Below, one piece after another: positions 49,850-59,362 of a stretch of DNA of 64,000 nt. The first letter of the stretch is position 1. Each line of letters opens with the position of its first letter. A model generated the notes under the pieces. That model saw only the letters and a list, made by a program, of their open reading frames with translations. It had not been told where the DNA came from and ran no database searches. The DNA is from an uncultured Chloroflexia bacterium. Lineage in GTDB: Bacteria > Chloroflexota > Chloroflexia > Thermomicrobiales > UBA6265. The stretch spans positions 1,378,004 through 1,442,003 of the forward strand of contig CAVUKC010000002.1 of NCBI GenBank assembly GCA_963741965.1, in the 5' to 3' direction. The position numbers and the translations under genes were made by a program.

Positions 49850-52612
49850 TCAAGCCTCGCGTAGCGCGTAGAAGATACCTCCACTACTCCCCGCGAACAC
49901 CGTACCGTCGACGACGATCGGCGAGGCATAGAGAGCGGCATCCGTCGTGAACCGCCACATCTCCTCACCGCTTTGCGCATCCAGCGCGTAGATTGCTCCA
50001 TCGAGGCTGCTGATGTACACGACCCCATCCGCGACCGTCGGAGATGCGTACACAGCGTCACCGGCCGTGAACGTCCAGCGCTCCTCTCCGCTCGCAGCAT
50101 CGATTGCGTACAAAGATCCCCCGTCATTGCCTGCGAACACGGTGTCGTCTACGACCGCGACGGCGGATGCGATGAGGTCGCCCGTCTGGAATACCCACCG
50201 CTCCTCGCCGGAGGTTGCATCCAGGGCGTGCACGGCTCCGGCGCCATCGCCGATGAAGACAACGCCACCCGTGACCGAAGCCGATGCAATGAGATTATCG
50301 CCAAGGTCCACTTGCCACAGGAGCTCGCCGGTGCCCTCGTCAACGGCTGAGAAGCGGCCATCCACGGCGCCGATGTAGACCCTGCCGTCAGCGACCGCCG
50401 GAGATGCATACACCTCCGCGCCGGTCGCGAACCGCCAGCGCTCGCTGCCCGACTCGGCGTCAACGGCATAGAGGTAGCCGTCCCAGCTTCCAACGTAAAC
50501 GACATCGCCTGCAACAATGGGGGACGAGAACACCGCTGCACCAGTGGAGAACCGCCAGAGCTCAGCTCCGGTCTCGGGGTCCAGCGCAAACAGGTCGCCG
50601 GTATCACTGCCGACGTAGAGCCGGCCGCCTCCAAACGCTGGCGACGACGATGTGGTTGTGCCGATGCTGACCCGCCACCGCTCGACGCCCGAGTCCTTGT
50701 CGAGTGCAGTAACCGAGCCGTCAAGCGTGCTGAAGTACACACTTCCGTCCACCACGGCGGCGGTGGATCCGACGTCACCTGTCGAAGCTGACCACGCCGT
50801 CTCGGGCGCGGTGACTGGACCCGGGCCAGGCTGCTCGCCGGTGTGCGCTGGGTTACCTCCCAGCATTGTGGACGGTACTGCGGTAGGGGTCGGGACGACC
50901 GTTGGGGTCGGAACCAGTGTGGCGGTCGGCGGCGGAGTCAGTTCGGCCGTCGGCACGGACGTCGAGGTATTGGTCGGTTCTGGTGTTGGCGTGTTGCTGG
51001 GTACAGGAGTATTCGTCGCTGTATTCGTTGGCAAAGGTGTGTTGGTGGCGGTTGGCGTCGGTACCGGCGTCTCGGTCGGTTCCGGGGTATCTGTCGGCTC
51101 GGGGGTCGGCGTGTTCGTCGGTACAGGCGTAATCGTCGGCTCCGGGGTCGTCGTGGCGGTCGCTTCCGGCGTTGGCGTCGTGGTCGGGCTGGGCGTCGGG
51201 GTGACCGTTGGCGGCAGAGGTGTATCGGTGGGTGCCGGGGTACTGCTTGCTGTGGGCTCGGGAGTGCTCGTCAACGTCGGTGCAGGCGTCAGCGTCTCCG
51301 TTGGCTCGGGGGTGCTGGTCGCGGTGGGCTCGGGGATATCGGTGGCGGTCGGCTGGGGTGTCGGCAACGTTGTTGGGATCGGCGTTGCCATGTCCGACTC
51401 CGTCGCAGGCGAGGCGATTGGCACATTCGGTTGTACGGTCGGCGTTGCCATTACCGCCGGCGGCGAGGACTCGGTCCTCGAGGAGCCACCCAGCGCGTAG
51501 ACATAGCCATCCCGACTCCCGAAGAACACGACTCCATCAGCAACGGCGGGCGATGACGCAATATCGCCTCCGGTCTCGTACGTCCAGAGTATTTCCCCAT
51601 CGGTTGTCGAAAGCGCGTAGAGACGACCATCCCCGCTGCCGACGACGAGCATGTCGTCGGCAACACTGGGCGACGAGCCGATCGGCTCACCGGTTTCAGT
51701 GCTCCATGTCGCACTCGGGGCATATCGCTTGACGGCGGTGATCCTACCGGCCCGATCGGTCACATAGATGAAATCGCCGCTGACGGCTAGGGACGATGTG
51801 ATCTGCTCGTTCGCTGAGAATCGCGACAGGCTACTGCCCGTGCCAGCGTCCATGACGAAGATTTGCCCGCCAAAGCTCGCAATATGAACAAGGCCGCTCA
51901 CAATGGCCGGCGATCCATAGACGGGACTGCCGGCGTTGAACCGCCACAGTACCGTTCCGGACGCCACGTCTATCGCGAAGAGCGTGCCGTCCGCGTCAGC
52001 GATATACGCGACTCCGTCTGCCAGCGATGGAGACGAGTACAGCCGCCCTCCGGTCGCCAGGCGCCATCGCTGGGTTCCCGCCCCGGCGTCGAGCGCGTAG
52101 AGCGCGCCGTCACCGCCGCCGACAAGGACCGTGTCGCCCACGACAACCGGTGACGACAAGACCGCGCCGCCCGTATCGAATCGCCAGCGCTCGCTTCCAT
52201 CTCCAGCGTCGAGCGCGTAGAGGTTGCCGTCGAAGCTCCCGACGTATACGACGCCCTCGCTGACTGCAGGCGACGAAGCAACGTCTCCTTCAGTTCCGAA
52301 TGTCCAGACAACGGATCCATCTCTGGCGTCGATAGCGTACAGGCTGTCGTCGTTGCTCCCCACGAAGACAGTCCCGTCCACGACCGCCGGGGAAGATATC
52401 ACGCCACCCCCAGTCTGAACGCGCCAGCGCAACACTGGCTCGCCGACAGGGGCTGGGCCCGGCTGCTCTCCGGTTCTTGCCGGATTCCCGCGGAAGACCT
52501 GTGCGGAGGCAGCCTGCATCACACCAGCATCGAGTCGCAGCGCTCCGCCGAGATCAAGTGGCGCGAGCGCGACAAGCAGGGCGAGCAGGGCGAGCACCCG
52601 CGGATGGATCAT
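49850..52612 (-). CDS. Secreted protein with two PQQ-like 8-bladed beta-propeller modules joined by a ~200-aa Thr/Pro-rich linker
   Basis: Signal peptide from ATG 52612. The blade signature SSPAV.DG.VYVGS.DG.LYA.DA..G...W is repeated about 8 times in each half. Both halves begin GNPA(R/H)TGEQPGP. Confidence 0.85.
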   Translation of the reverse strand: MIHPRVLALLALLVALAPLDLGGALRLDAGVMQAASAQVFRGNPARTGEQPGPAPVGEPVLRWRVQTGGGVISSPAVVDGTVFVGSNDDSLYAIDARDGSVVWTFGTEGDVASSPAVSEGVVYVGSFDGNLYALDAGDGSERWRFDTGGAVLSSPVVVGDTVLVGGGDGALYALDAGAGTQRWRLATGGRLYSSPSLADGVAYIADADGTLFAIDVASGTVLWRFNAGSPVYGSPAIVSGLVHIASFGGQIFVMDAGTGSSLSRFSANEQITSSLAVSGDFIYVTDRAGRITAVKRYAPSATWSTETGEPIGSSPSVADDMLVVGSGDGRLYALSTTDGEILWTYETGGDIASSPAVADGVVFFGSRDGYVYALGGSSRTESSPPAVMATPTVQPNVPIASPATESDMATPIPTTLPTPQPTATDIPEPTATSTPEPTETLTPAPTLTSTPEPTASSTPAPTDTPLPPTVTPTPSPTTTPTPEATATTTPEPTITPVPTNTPTPEPTDTPEPTETPVPTPTATNTPLPTNTATNTPVPSNTPTPEPTNTSTSVPTAELTPPPTATLVPTPTVVPTPTAVPSTMLGGNPAHTGEQPGPGPVTAPETAWSASTGDVGSTAAVVDGSVYFSTLDGSVTALDKDSGVERWRVSIGTTTSSSPAFGGGRLYVGSDTGDLFALDPETGAELWRFSTGAAVFSSPIVAGDVVYVGSWDGYLYAVDAESGSERWRFATGAEVYASPAVADGRVYIGAVDGRFSAVDEGTGELLWQVDLGDNLIASASVTGGVVFIGDGAGAVHALDATSGEERWVFQTGDLIASAVAVVDDTVFAGNDGGSLYAIDAASGEERWTFTAGDAVYASPTVADGVVYISSLDGAIYALDAQSGEEMWRFTTDAALYASPIVVDGTVFAGSSGGIFYALREA
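50870..51481 (-). repeat. Low-complexity Thr/Pro/Glu coding repeats (linker)
   Basis: Degenerate ACN-CCN periodicity encoding TPEPT/TPTPT/TNTPV units. Confidence 0.7.
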
Positions 52613-52865
52613 GGCAGGCAACGCTCGGTGGAGATGATCACGGCGACATGGCGGCAATGGCACTGCACCGGTGACCTCCCACGCAGTTGCGATCGGGGGC
52701 TATGCACATCGATATTTATGTTAGATTGTAGGGTACATCTTCGTGCCAGTCTACAGTTGTCGGACGGCACGCGAACATGAGCGGCAAGACAGTTGCCACT
52801 GCGTTACGGGGCGCTCCCCGAACACAGCGGGCAAACGCTATGCACTCGTCATCAGGGAGGTCACC

Positions 52866-53501
52866 ATGAGGGCTTACAGAATCATCCCGACCACAATCCT
52901 GTTGTTGGCAGCACTTCCCGTCGCCCTGTTGTTCACCTCAGCCAGCGCCCAGGAGACGGGGGCGAGCCTCACGGTGGAGCTACAGGAGTATCAGGGCTCG
53001 GGCGTTTCCGGAAACGCCGTCCTGACCGAGACCGACTCCGGCGGCGTTCATGTCTCGATGACCCTCACCGGGCAGGAGCTGGCCGGCAACCATCCGACAC
53101 ATATCCATACCGGAACATGCGACAACTTCGATCCAAACCCGCTCTACCCGTTGCAGACGTTTGACCTGAGCCCGGTGAACGACCAGGGGGTGAGTGAGAC
53201 GGACGTCGCGGAGGTCTCCCTGGAGACGCTTCGAACGGGCGACTATGTCATCCTGGTTCACCAGTCTGCCGAAGAGCTTACCCACTATCTCGTCTGCGGC
53301 GAGATCAGCGGCGGCACCCTCGGCACCGCATCTGTTGCGACGCAACCCGATCAGGCAACCGCCATGCATCAGATGCCGTCAGCCGGAGTCGGCACCGCCA
53401 CATCCACCGATTGGCTCATCTCTCCTCTCGCGCTCACGCTCCTGGCGCTCGCCGCCCTGTCGATGGTGATCGCTGGCACCCTCCGGATCTCCCGAAGGTA
53501 A
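52866..53501 (+). CDS. Secreted beta-sandwich protein, tentatively CHRD-like, with C-terminal MPSAG-TM-basic tail
   Basis: ATG 52866 follows AGGGAGG. Signal peptide ...FTSASAQE. Blocks GNAVLTE...HPTHIHTGTC and GDYVILVHQS...CGEI. The tail is QMPSAGVGTATSTDWLISPLALTLLALAALSMVIAGTLRISRR*. The family call is uncertain. Confidence 0.62.
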   Translation: MRAYRIIPTTILLLAALPVALLFTSASAQETGASLTVELQEYQGSGVSGNAVLTETDSGGVHVSMTLTGQELAGNHPTHIHTGTCDNFDPNPLYPLQTFDLSPVNDQGVSETDVAEVSLETLRTGDYVILVHQSAEELTHYLVCGEISGGTLGTASVATQPDQATAMHQMPSAGVGTATSTDWLISPLALTLLALAALSMVIAGTLRISRR

Positions 53502-53560
53502 CCACCTGAAGCGCCGTCCACAGCGTTGCGGCGCCGTGGTGGAGAACTGGACCGCAGACG

Positions 53561-53600
53561 CACAAGGGCGGGTTGGAATGGTTTCCAACCCGCCCTTGTG
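53561..53600. terminator. Bidirectional hairpin terminator
   Basis: CACAAGGGCGGGTTGGAA - TGGT - TTCCAACCCGCCCTTGTG forms an 18-bp perfect stem between convergent genes. Confidence 0.7.
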
Positions 53601-53630
53601 CCACAGGTACTGGTGAGCCTGCGCCGTCGT

Positions 53631-55196
53631 CTAGCGTGCGTAATCCACAGCACGCGTCTCCCGGATCACCGTGACCTTGATCTGGCCCGGGTACTCCAGG
53701 GTCTCCTCAATCTTCTTCACGACATCCTTGGCCAGCCGGTTGGCGCCAAGGTCATCGACCGAGTTCGGCCGCACCAGGATCCGGACCTCACGCCCGGCCT
53801 GAATCGCGAACGACTTCTCCACTCCCTCGAAGGAGTTGGCCACGCCTTCCAGCGCTTCGAGACGCTTGATGTACGTCTCCACCATCTCGCGCCGAGCACC
53901 CGGCCGGGCGCCACTGATGGCGTCTGCCGTGGCAACGATGAACGCCTCGACCGTCTTGGGCTCTTCTTCCGCGTGGTGCGCCGCGATGGCGTGCACAATG
54001 CGGTTGGAGCGCCCGAGCCGCTTGGCGATATCCGCGCCGATGAGCGCGTGCGGGCCCTCGACCTCGTGGTCGACCGCCTTGCCGATATCGTGCAGCAGAC
54101 CCGCGGTCCGGCTGACATTGACGTCGGCGCCGAGCTCGGCCGCCAGGTTGGCGGCGATCATCGACACCTCGAGCGAGTGCGCCAGCACGTTCTGCCCATA
54201 GCTGGTTCGGAACTTGAGCCGCCCCAGCAGCTTGATCAGATCCGGGTGGAGGCCCGGCACGTTCGCCTCGTAGGCAACGCGCTCGCCTTCCTCGCGCATG
54301 ATCTGCTCGAGCTCCATCTGGGTCTTGCTGACGATCTCCTCAATGCGTGCTGGATGGATCCGACCGTCCTGCAGCAGCTTGGTGAGCGCCCGCCGGGCCA
54401 CCTCGCGGCGCACCGGGTCGAACCCGGACACCGTGACGGACTCCGGCGTGTCATCAACGATGAGGTCGACACCCGTCGCCTGTTCCAGCGCGCGAATGTT
54501 GCGTCCCTCACGGCCGATGATGCGGCCCTTCATATCGTCGCTGGGCAGCGGCACCGCGGAGACCGTCGACTCGGCGACATAATCCGACGCAATCCGCTGG
54601 ATCGCTGTCGCCAGGATCATCCGCGAGCGACGGTCGGCTTCTTCTCGTGTCTCGCGCTCAACCTCGTGGAGCCGGCGGGCCGCCATGTTGCGCGCCTCCG
54701 TCTCGACCTCACGCACGAGCTCCTGCTTCGCGTCATCGCTGGTCAACCCGGCGATCCGCTCGAGCTCGGTCACGCGCTTCGCGCGCTCCTCATCCAGCTC
54801 TCGCTGCTGCCGGGCACGCTCCTGATCCCAGGTCTCGCGCGACTGGGACATCTGTTCCTCAGCCTTGCGCACCGCTTTCTCCCGGCTTTCAAGACCAGAA
54901 ACCTTCTTGTCTACGTTCTCTTCTTTCGATTCGATCCGTCGTTCGATACGCTCGACCTCTTTCCGGCGCTGCGTCAGCTCCCGGTCGAGATCGCCTCGAA
55001 GACGAATCGCCTCATCCTTTGCCGCGAGAACTGTGTCTCTACGCCTGGATTCCGCCTCTTCCACAATGCGATCAGCTTCTGACTGCGCCATGTGCACACG
55101 AGAGTTCGCGCGCCGGTCCAGCCAGAAATAGGTCACGAAAAAGGTAAGTCCAGCCACGAGCACAGCCCCGATGGAAAAGTACAACAAGCCATCCAT
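53631..55196 (-). CDS. rny: Ribonuclease Y
   Basis: N-terminal TM helix, a coiled-coil region, a KH domain and an HD domain ([12 protein letters not shown]). 521 aa. The RBS is TAGGAGC. Confidence 0.95.
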   Translation of the reverse strand: MDGLLYFSIGAVLVAGLTFFVTYFWLDRRANSRVHMAQSEADRIVEEAESRRRDTVLAAKDEAIRLRGDLDRELTQRRKEVERIERRIESKEENVDKKVSGLESREKAVRKAEEQMSQSRETWDQERARQQRELDEERAKRVTELERIAGLTSDDAKQELVREVETEARNMAARRLHEVERETREEADRRSRMILATAIQRIASDYVAESTVSAVPLPSDDMKGRIIGREGRNIRALEQATGVDLIVDDTPESVTVSGFDPVRREVARRALTKLLQDGRIHPARIEEIVSKTQMELEQIMREEGERVAYEANVPGLHPDLIKLLGRLKFRTSYGQNVLAHSLEVSMIAANLAAELGADVNVSRTAGLLHDIGKAVDHEVEGPHALIGADIAKRLGRSNRIVHAIAAHHAEEEPKTVEAFIVATADAISGARPGARREMVETYIKRLEALEGVANSFEGVEKSFAIQAGREVRILVRPNSVDDLGANRLAKDVVKKIEETLEYPGQIKVTVIRETRAVDYAR

Positions 55197-55414
55197 CGAC
55201 GTCGCTCCTAGCTCTATTTCCCCGACCTGCTCGGGGATTCAGTTGTTAACGTGTTCGGTGCCGCGCCGGCTGGCGTGTCACACACCCGCGTACCCGACCG
55301 CATTGTCAGGGGGCAGCATCCTTACATAGCAAATGATACGGCCTGACGAATACCCCGGCAAGCATGCCAGTCACACCCATGACTTACAAATCCGCGTACG
55401 TACGCGGTACATCA

Positions 55415-56368
55415 CTATCGAAGCGGATCGCTGTCGGTCTCGTTCCAGATCGCATCGTAGGCTGACTCATTCGTGACTCCCTCGAACTCATCCACGCCGA
55501 AGATGCGGGCTGCGTTTCCGTAGAAGATGCGATCGCGCTCCTCCAGCGTGAGCCGCATGAGGTCGAGGATCGCTGCCCAATCGGCAATCTCGTTGCCCAT
55601 CTTCTCCATGCCGCAGTCGGAGGCAAACAGCACCTTCATGGGCGAGACCTCCTGGCCGATCAGCCGGCGCTCGAAGATGTGCCGTCGCACGAGCTCACCG
55701 CCGGACATGTCCCAAAAGATGTTTCGACGCCACCGCGCGATGTGACAGGCGTAGTCGTACTGCCCGACGCCCATGTGCGCCCCGATGATGCGCAGTCGCG
55801 GGAAGGTGAATGCGAGCGTGTCGAGCAGGATCGGGTCCATGTGCGAGGACGAGAAGCCCTGGCCGCGCAGGCGCTTCTCGAAATAGCGCGACCGCTTGAC
55901 CACCTCAGGGTGGAACGGATCGGTATCCCGGAAATCGACACCGCCGCCGACCACCCCCGTGTGGAACAGCGTCACCATGCCCAGTTCCTCGGCCTTCTCG
56001 TACACAGGCCAGTAGGAGCGATCGTCGTAGGGCTTGAGCGCGTGGATGATCTTGAGTCCACGGAAGCCCCGGTCGTGGGCGTCCTGGATCGACTCCGGTG
56101 TGTCTTCACCCAGCTCGACGCCGTACATGCCGATGAACAGGTCCGGGTAGCGCTCGATGGCGCGGCAGACCCGGTCGTTGTAGTCGCCCCATCGGCTGCC
56201 GAGCAGCGCGATGTGGACGATGTTCAGCTGCTCCGCGAGCTCGGCCAGCTCATCTGTGGTGGCGTCGACGTCCCGGTCGGTTCCCCATGGGAAATGGACA
56301 TGTGTATCGAACACGCGGGGCGGCACCTGAGGATCGCGCTCTCGGATCGTCACCGGCAACTCGGTCAT
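55415..56368 (-). CDS. Amidohydrolase-family metal hydrolase (Amidohydro_2-like)
   Basis: Contains FDTHVHFPWG, ...LFHTG... and ...ASDCG.... ATG 56368 follows GAAAGGA. Confidence 0.82.
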   Translation of the reverse strand: MTELPVTIRERDPQVPPRVFDTHVHFPWGTDRDVDATTDELAELAEQLNIVHIALLGSRWGDYNDRVCRAIERYPDLFIGMYGVELGEDTPESIQDAHDRGFRGLKIIHALKPYDDRSYWPVYEKAEELGMVTLFHTGVVGGGVDFRDTDPFHPEVVKRSRYFEKRLRGQGFSSSHMDPILLDTLAFTFPRLRIIGAHMGVGQYDYACHIARWRRNIFWDMSGGELVRRHIFERRLIGQEVSPMKVLFASDCGMEKMGNEIADWAAILDLMRLTLEERDRIFYGNAARIFGVDEFEGVTNESAYDAIWNETDSDPLR

Positions 56369-56480
56369 GGAGGGAATGTCCTTTCGATGAATACAACGCT
56401 GCATCGCGAAATAGGCTCGCGTACTGTACCCTCGTACCAGATACAACCGGCACGAACGGTTGGTTGAGGGAGGAATACGG

Positions 56481-57719
56481 GTGTCCGCACAGCAGTCACA
56501 CGGCAACGCATCGTCGACATCGAGCCAGTCTTCGGACGATGGCGATGTCGCATTGCTCATCGACTATGAAAACCTGCAGGTGAGCCTGAAGCGCCACTTC
56601 GACCTGACCACACCCAAGATGAGCCTGATCATCCAGGAGGCGCAGGACCACGGGCGTCTGGTGCTCGCACGCGCATACGCGCCGTGGACCTCCTCAGACC
56701 TCAGTATCGACGCCGAAAACCTGTACCGACAGGGCATTGACCTCGTCTACGTGCCGACGCGCAAGAACAGCGCTGACGTGCGCCTGGCTGTCGACGCTGT
56801 CGAGACGTGCGGCCGCTCCTCCAACATCAGAACCTACGTCATTGTCACCGGAGACGGCGACCTTATCCACCCGCTCAACTACCTGCGCCAGCAGGGCCGC
56901 AAGGTGGTGGTGATCGGCGTGGATGCGGCCATGAGCCGGATGCTCTCCGCCGCGGCTGACTCTGTGCTGCTGTACGAGCGCGACCTCGACCCCTCGGTGC
57001 ACCGCCGGGCGCAGACGCGAGCCGCGCAGAAATCGACAAGCCCGCAGCCAGACGACCAAAAGACCGTGCTGACTCCGACGGCGAAGGAGTACCCGCCGGC
57101 CGAGGAAGCATACCGGCTCGTGCAGGACGCGCTCGCGCGGCACGGCAACGGTGAGCCGGTTCTTTTCCAGGAGCTGGGCCACTGGCTCAGCCAGGATCAC
57201 AACCTCAAGCCGCGCGTGTGGTACGGCGTTCCGTTCAGCACCTTCCTGGATGCGGCGCAGCAGCACGGCAACGTCGCCATCACCACCTCCGGCGGAAACA
57301 GCTATGCAACGCTGCCGTCCACCGTCGCCGCTGACGACGCGCTGCTCGACGACGATATCTCGGAGGATAGCTCGGAGGACAGCACCGACGACGGCTCGAC
57401 GGTTCGACTCGAGTCGTTGCGCCAGGAGGAGCGACGAGACCTCCTCAATGCGCTGCGTGAGCTGCAGGAGAGCAAGAAGAAGGGCTACCTGTCCTTCCGG
57501 CTGATCCTCAACCACCTCGTATCGAAAAGCATCCTTCCCCGCCTGAGCGAGTGGCAGGTGCGTCGGTTGCTGAACGACCTCGCCGACCGCACCCCGCCGA
57601 TCCTGACGCGCGGCCAGAAGACCGGCAAGACAGCCGGCGGGCGCTCCTACACCTTCTCGACCTTCTCCCTCACCGACGACAAGGATCTCCTGAAGCAGGC
57701 TGAGGAAGACGAGGGATAA
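56481..57719 (+). CDS. NYN-domain (LabA/DUF88-like) protein with C-terminal OST-HTH/LOTUS-like region(s)
   Basis: GTG 56481 has GAGGGAGGAA 5 nt upstream. NYN blocks are VALLIDYENL, KNSADVRLAVDA and VIVTGDGDLIHPLNYLRQQGRKVVVIG. Confidence 0.82.
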   Translation: MSAQQSHGNASSTSSQSSDDGDVALLIDYENLQVSLKRHFDLTTPKMSLIIQEAQDHGRLVLARAYAPWTSSDLSIDAENLYRQGIDLVYVPTRKNSADVRLAVDAVETCGRSSNIRTYVIVTGDGDLIHPLNYLRQQGRKVVVIGVDAAMSRMLSAAADSVLLYERDLDPSVHRRAQTRAAQKSTSPQPDDQKTVLTPTAKEYPPAEEAYRLVQDALARHGNGEPVLFQELGHWLSQDHNLKPRVWYGVPFSTFLDAAQQHGNVAITTSGGNSYATLPSTVAADDALLDDDISEDSSEDSTDDGSTVRLESLRQEERRDLLNALRELQESKKKGYLSFRLILNHLVSKSILPRLSEWQVRRLLNDLADRTPPILTRGQKTGKTAGGRSYTFSTFSLTDDKDLLKQAEEDEG

Positions 57720-58045
57720 CTGCCCAGGCACAACGTGGAGCACCGCGCTCGGACGCACAGGTTCGCGCACGGGAAGCAACGGCAGGCGGTTTCGGCGCCG
57801 CCAGTGAGTAGGCTCTCGCTACCTGGGACAGGCTCGTCCTGGGCCCGCCCACGAAGACAGGTGATGCCCATTCTGGGGCGATCGTCCGCCGATGACGCGC
57901 GCAGCATCGTAGCAGCTGGGCGCTGTCCCAGCTCGGTGGCTGCTGCGCGGCCACAATCTCCGGCCTATGCATCACCCGTGCGAACGGACGGGCCCAGCAC
58001 GATTGCCGTACCACCGATCGGTCTCGCCTGACAGTTACAGCATGC

Positions 58046-59323
58046 TCAGGGCTGTGAATCCCCAATCACCGATATGCCCGGCACCGTTTCGGATGGGTAA
58101 CCGCTCACCACCCACCGGTCCGGCTCGCCGCCGAGGAACAGCGCCAACTCCCCGATCGCGCTCGATACCGCCCGAAGCATGCCCTCGGTCGGCCGCACGC
58201 GTGGCTCCCAGTGGAACGCCTTGACCGTGAGAAGACGTGACTTGCGATCGAACGACGGGTCCAGCCGACCAACGAGCCGGCCCCGGTGGAGGATCGGCAG
58301 GGAGTAGTAGCCGTATACCCGCTTCGGTGCCGGGGTATAGCACTCCAACCGGTAGTAGAAACTCCACAGCTGCTCGTCACGGGAGCGATTCCAGACCAGG
58401 TTGTCGAACGGTGACAGCAACGTGGTCCGGGTCGGCCAGCCTCGCCGCGTGCGGAGCTGTTCCAGTCGCGGAATTGCATCCGCGCTCAGCCAGGCGGGCT
58501 CGTCGATACCCTCGATCCGCACCGGAACCATCGCCCCCTGCTCGACCAGCGCGGCGACCGTGCGCTTCGCCTCTGCCCGCGGCATGTGGTAGCGGCCGCC
58601 CGTGCGAAAGTAGTCCATGAACCAGCCGATCGTGGTCACTCCGAGAGCGCGCGCTGCCTTGCCGCCGAGGATGAGATCGCGTTCATCCCGGCACACCTGC
58701 CGCTCCCAGAGATCCGGTACGAGCCGCTCCGTCACGTCGAACACCCGCTGGAAGCTCTCCCGACGCCGCATCACCAGCGATCCTTCGGACCACAGATCGG
58801 AGAGCGCCTCCCGCTCGGGCTTGACGCCGTACCAGTCCCACGCCTTCGCGGTGGCTCCCTCCGGCGCCTCAAAGTGCCGCGAGGCCTTCGGACCCTCCTC
58901 GCGGATCCGGGCGAGCACCGCCTCGCGGATTGGCTGCTGGTGTTCGTACTTTGTCGCAAGCACCTGCCGGAACCGCTCCATCTCCGGGCGGTACAGATGC
59001 AGCTCGTCCATGGGGACGATGGCGGCGGCGTGCGCCCAGTACTCGGTGATGGCGTGCTCCGGCTCGTAGAGCGTCTCCCAGAGGCCGACGTCGTATGGCC
59101 CCAGCCGACTGAAGGCGACTGTCTCGTGGGAGCGCGAGATGACGCTGATCGTGTCGAGCTGGACACAGCCGAGGTCGTGCACGAGCTGCCGCAGGTCGGC
59201 GAGCCGGATGCGGCGTCGCGGCGGTGGCGCGGCCAGCCCTTGCGCGGCCACGGCAATCGCCTGCGCCTCCCGGCGCGTCAACGCCTCCTCCGGTCGATCC
59301 TGCACGCCCATCGCTACGCTCAT
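58046..59323 (-). CDS. Winged-helix DNA-binding protein, YcaQ/DUF1006-like (putative crosslink-repair DNA glycosylase family)
   Basis: Contains LGCVQLDTISVISRSHETVAFSRLG, EYWAHAAAIVP and YYSLPILHRGRLVGRLDP. ATG 59323 follows AGGGGGAA. Confidence 0.8.
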   Translation of the reverse strand: MSVAMGVQDRPEEALTRREAQAIAVAAQGLAAPPPRRRIRLADLRQLVHDLGCVQLDTISVISRSHETVAFSRLGPYDVGLWETLYEPEHAITEYWAHAAAIVPMDELHLYRPEMERFRQVLATKYEHQQPIREAVLARIREEGPKASRHFEAPEGATAKAWDWYGVKPEREALSDLWSEGSLVMRRRESFQRVFDVTERLVPDLWERQVCRDERDLILGGKAARALGVTTIGWFMDYFRTGGRYHMPRAEAKRTVAALVEQGAMVPVRIEGIDEPAWLSADAIPRLEQLRTRRGWPTRTTLLSPFDNLVWNRSRDEQLWSFYYRLECYTPAPKRVYGYYSLPILHRGRLVGRLDPSFDRKSRLLTVKAFHWEPRVRPTEGMLRAVSSAIGELALFLGGEPDRWVVSGYPSETVPGISVIGDSQP

Positions 59324-59362
59324 ACGCGGATTCCCCCTGCATTCGTATACTTGCTGCGGGTG

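Noticed and set aside
49527-49871. 114-aa Cys-rich ORF in the lower-GC spacer.
   Set aside because: GC3 is about 60% by my count over its first ~48 codons, against visibly higher GC3 in real genes here. It uses rare codons (TTA, AGA, AGG), has a weak RBS, and its 3' end overlaps the PQQ-propeller gene. The region is kept only as a possible RNA (see findings).
57766-57786. SRP-RNA-like motif CGCACGGGAAGCAACGGCAGG.
   Set aside because: A GNRA-like GGAA is present, but the closing pairs and the following GGAAGCAGC-type conserved strand of SRP domain IV are missing. I could not draw a long SRP hairpin around it.
58586-59362. N-terminal 259 codons of the 641-aa ORF containing the GT4 glycosyltransferase.
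   Set aside because: This part is antisense to the well-supported YcaQ-like gene and is Arg/Pro-rich. The GT4 homology begins only at about 59363-59399.
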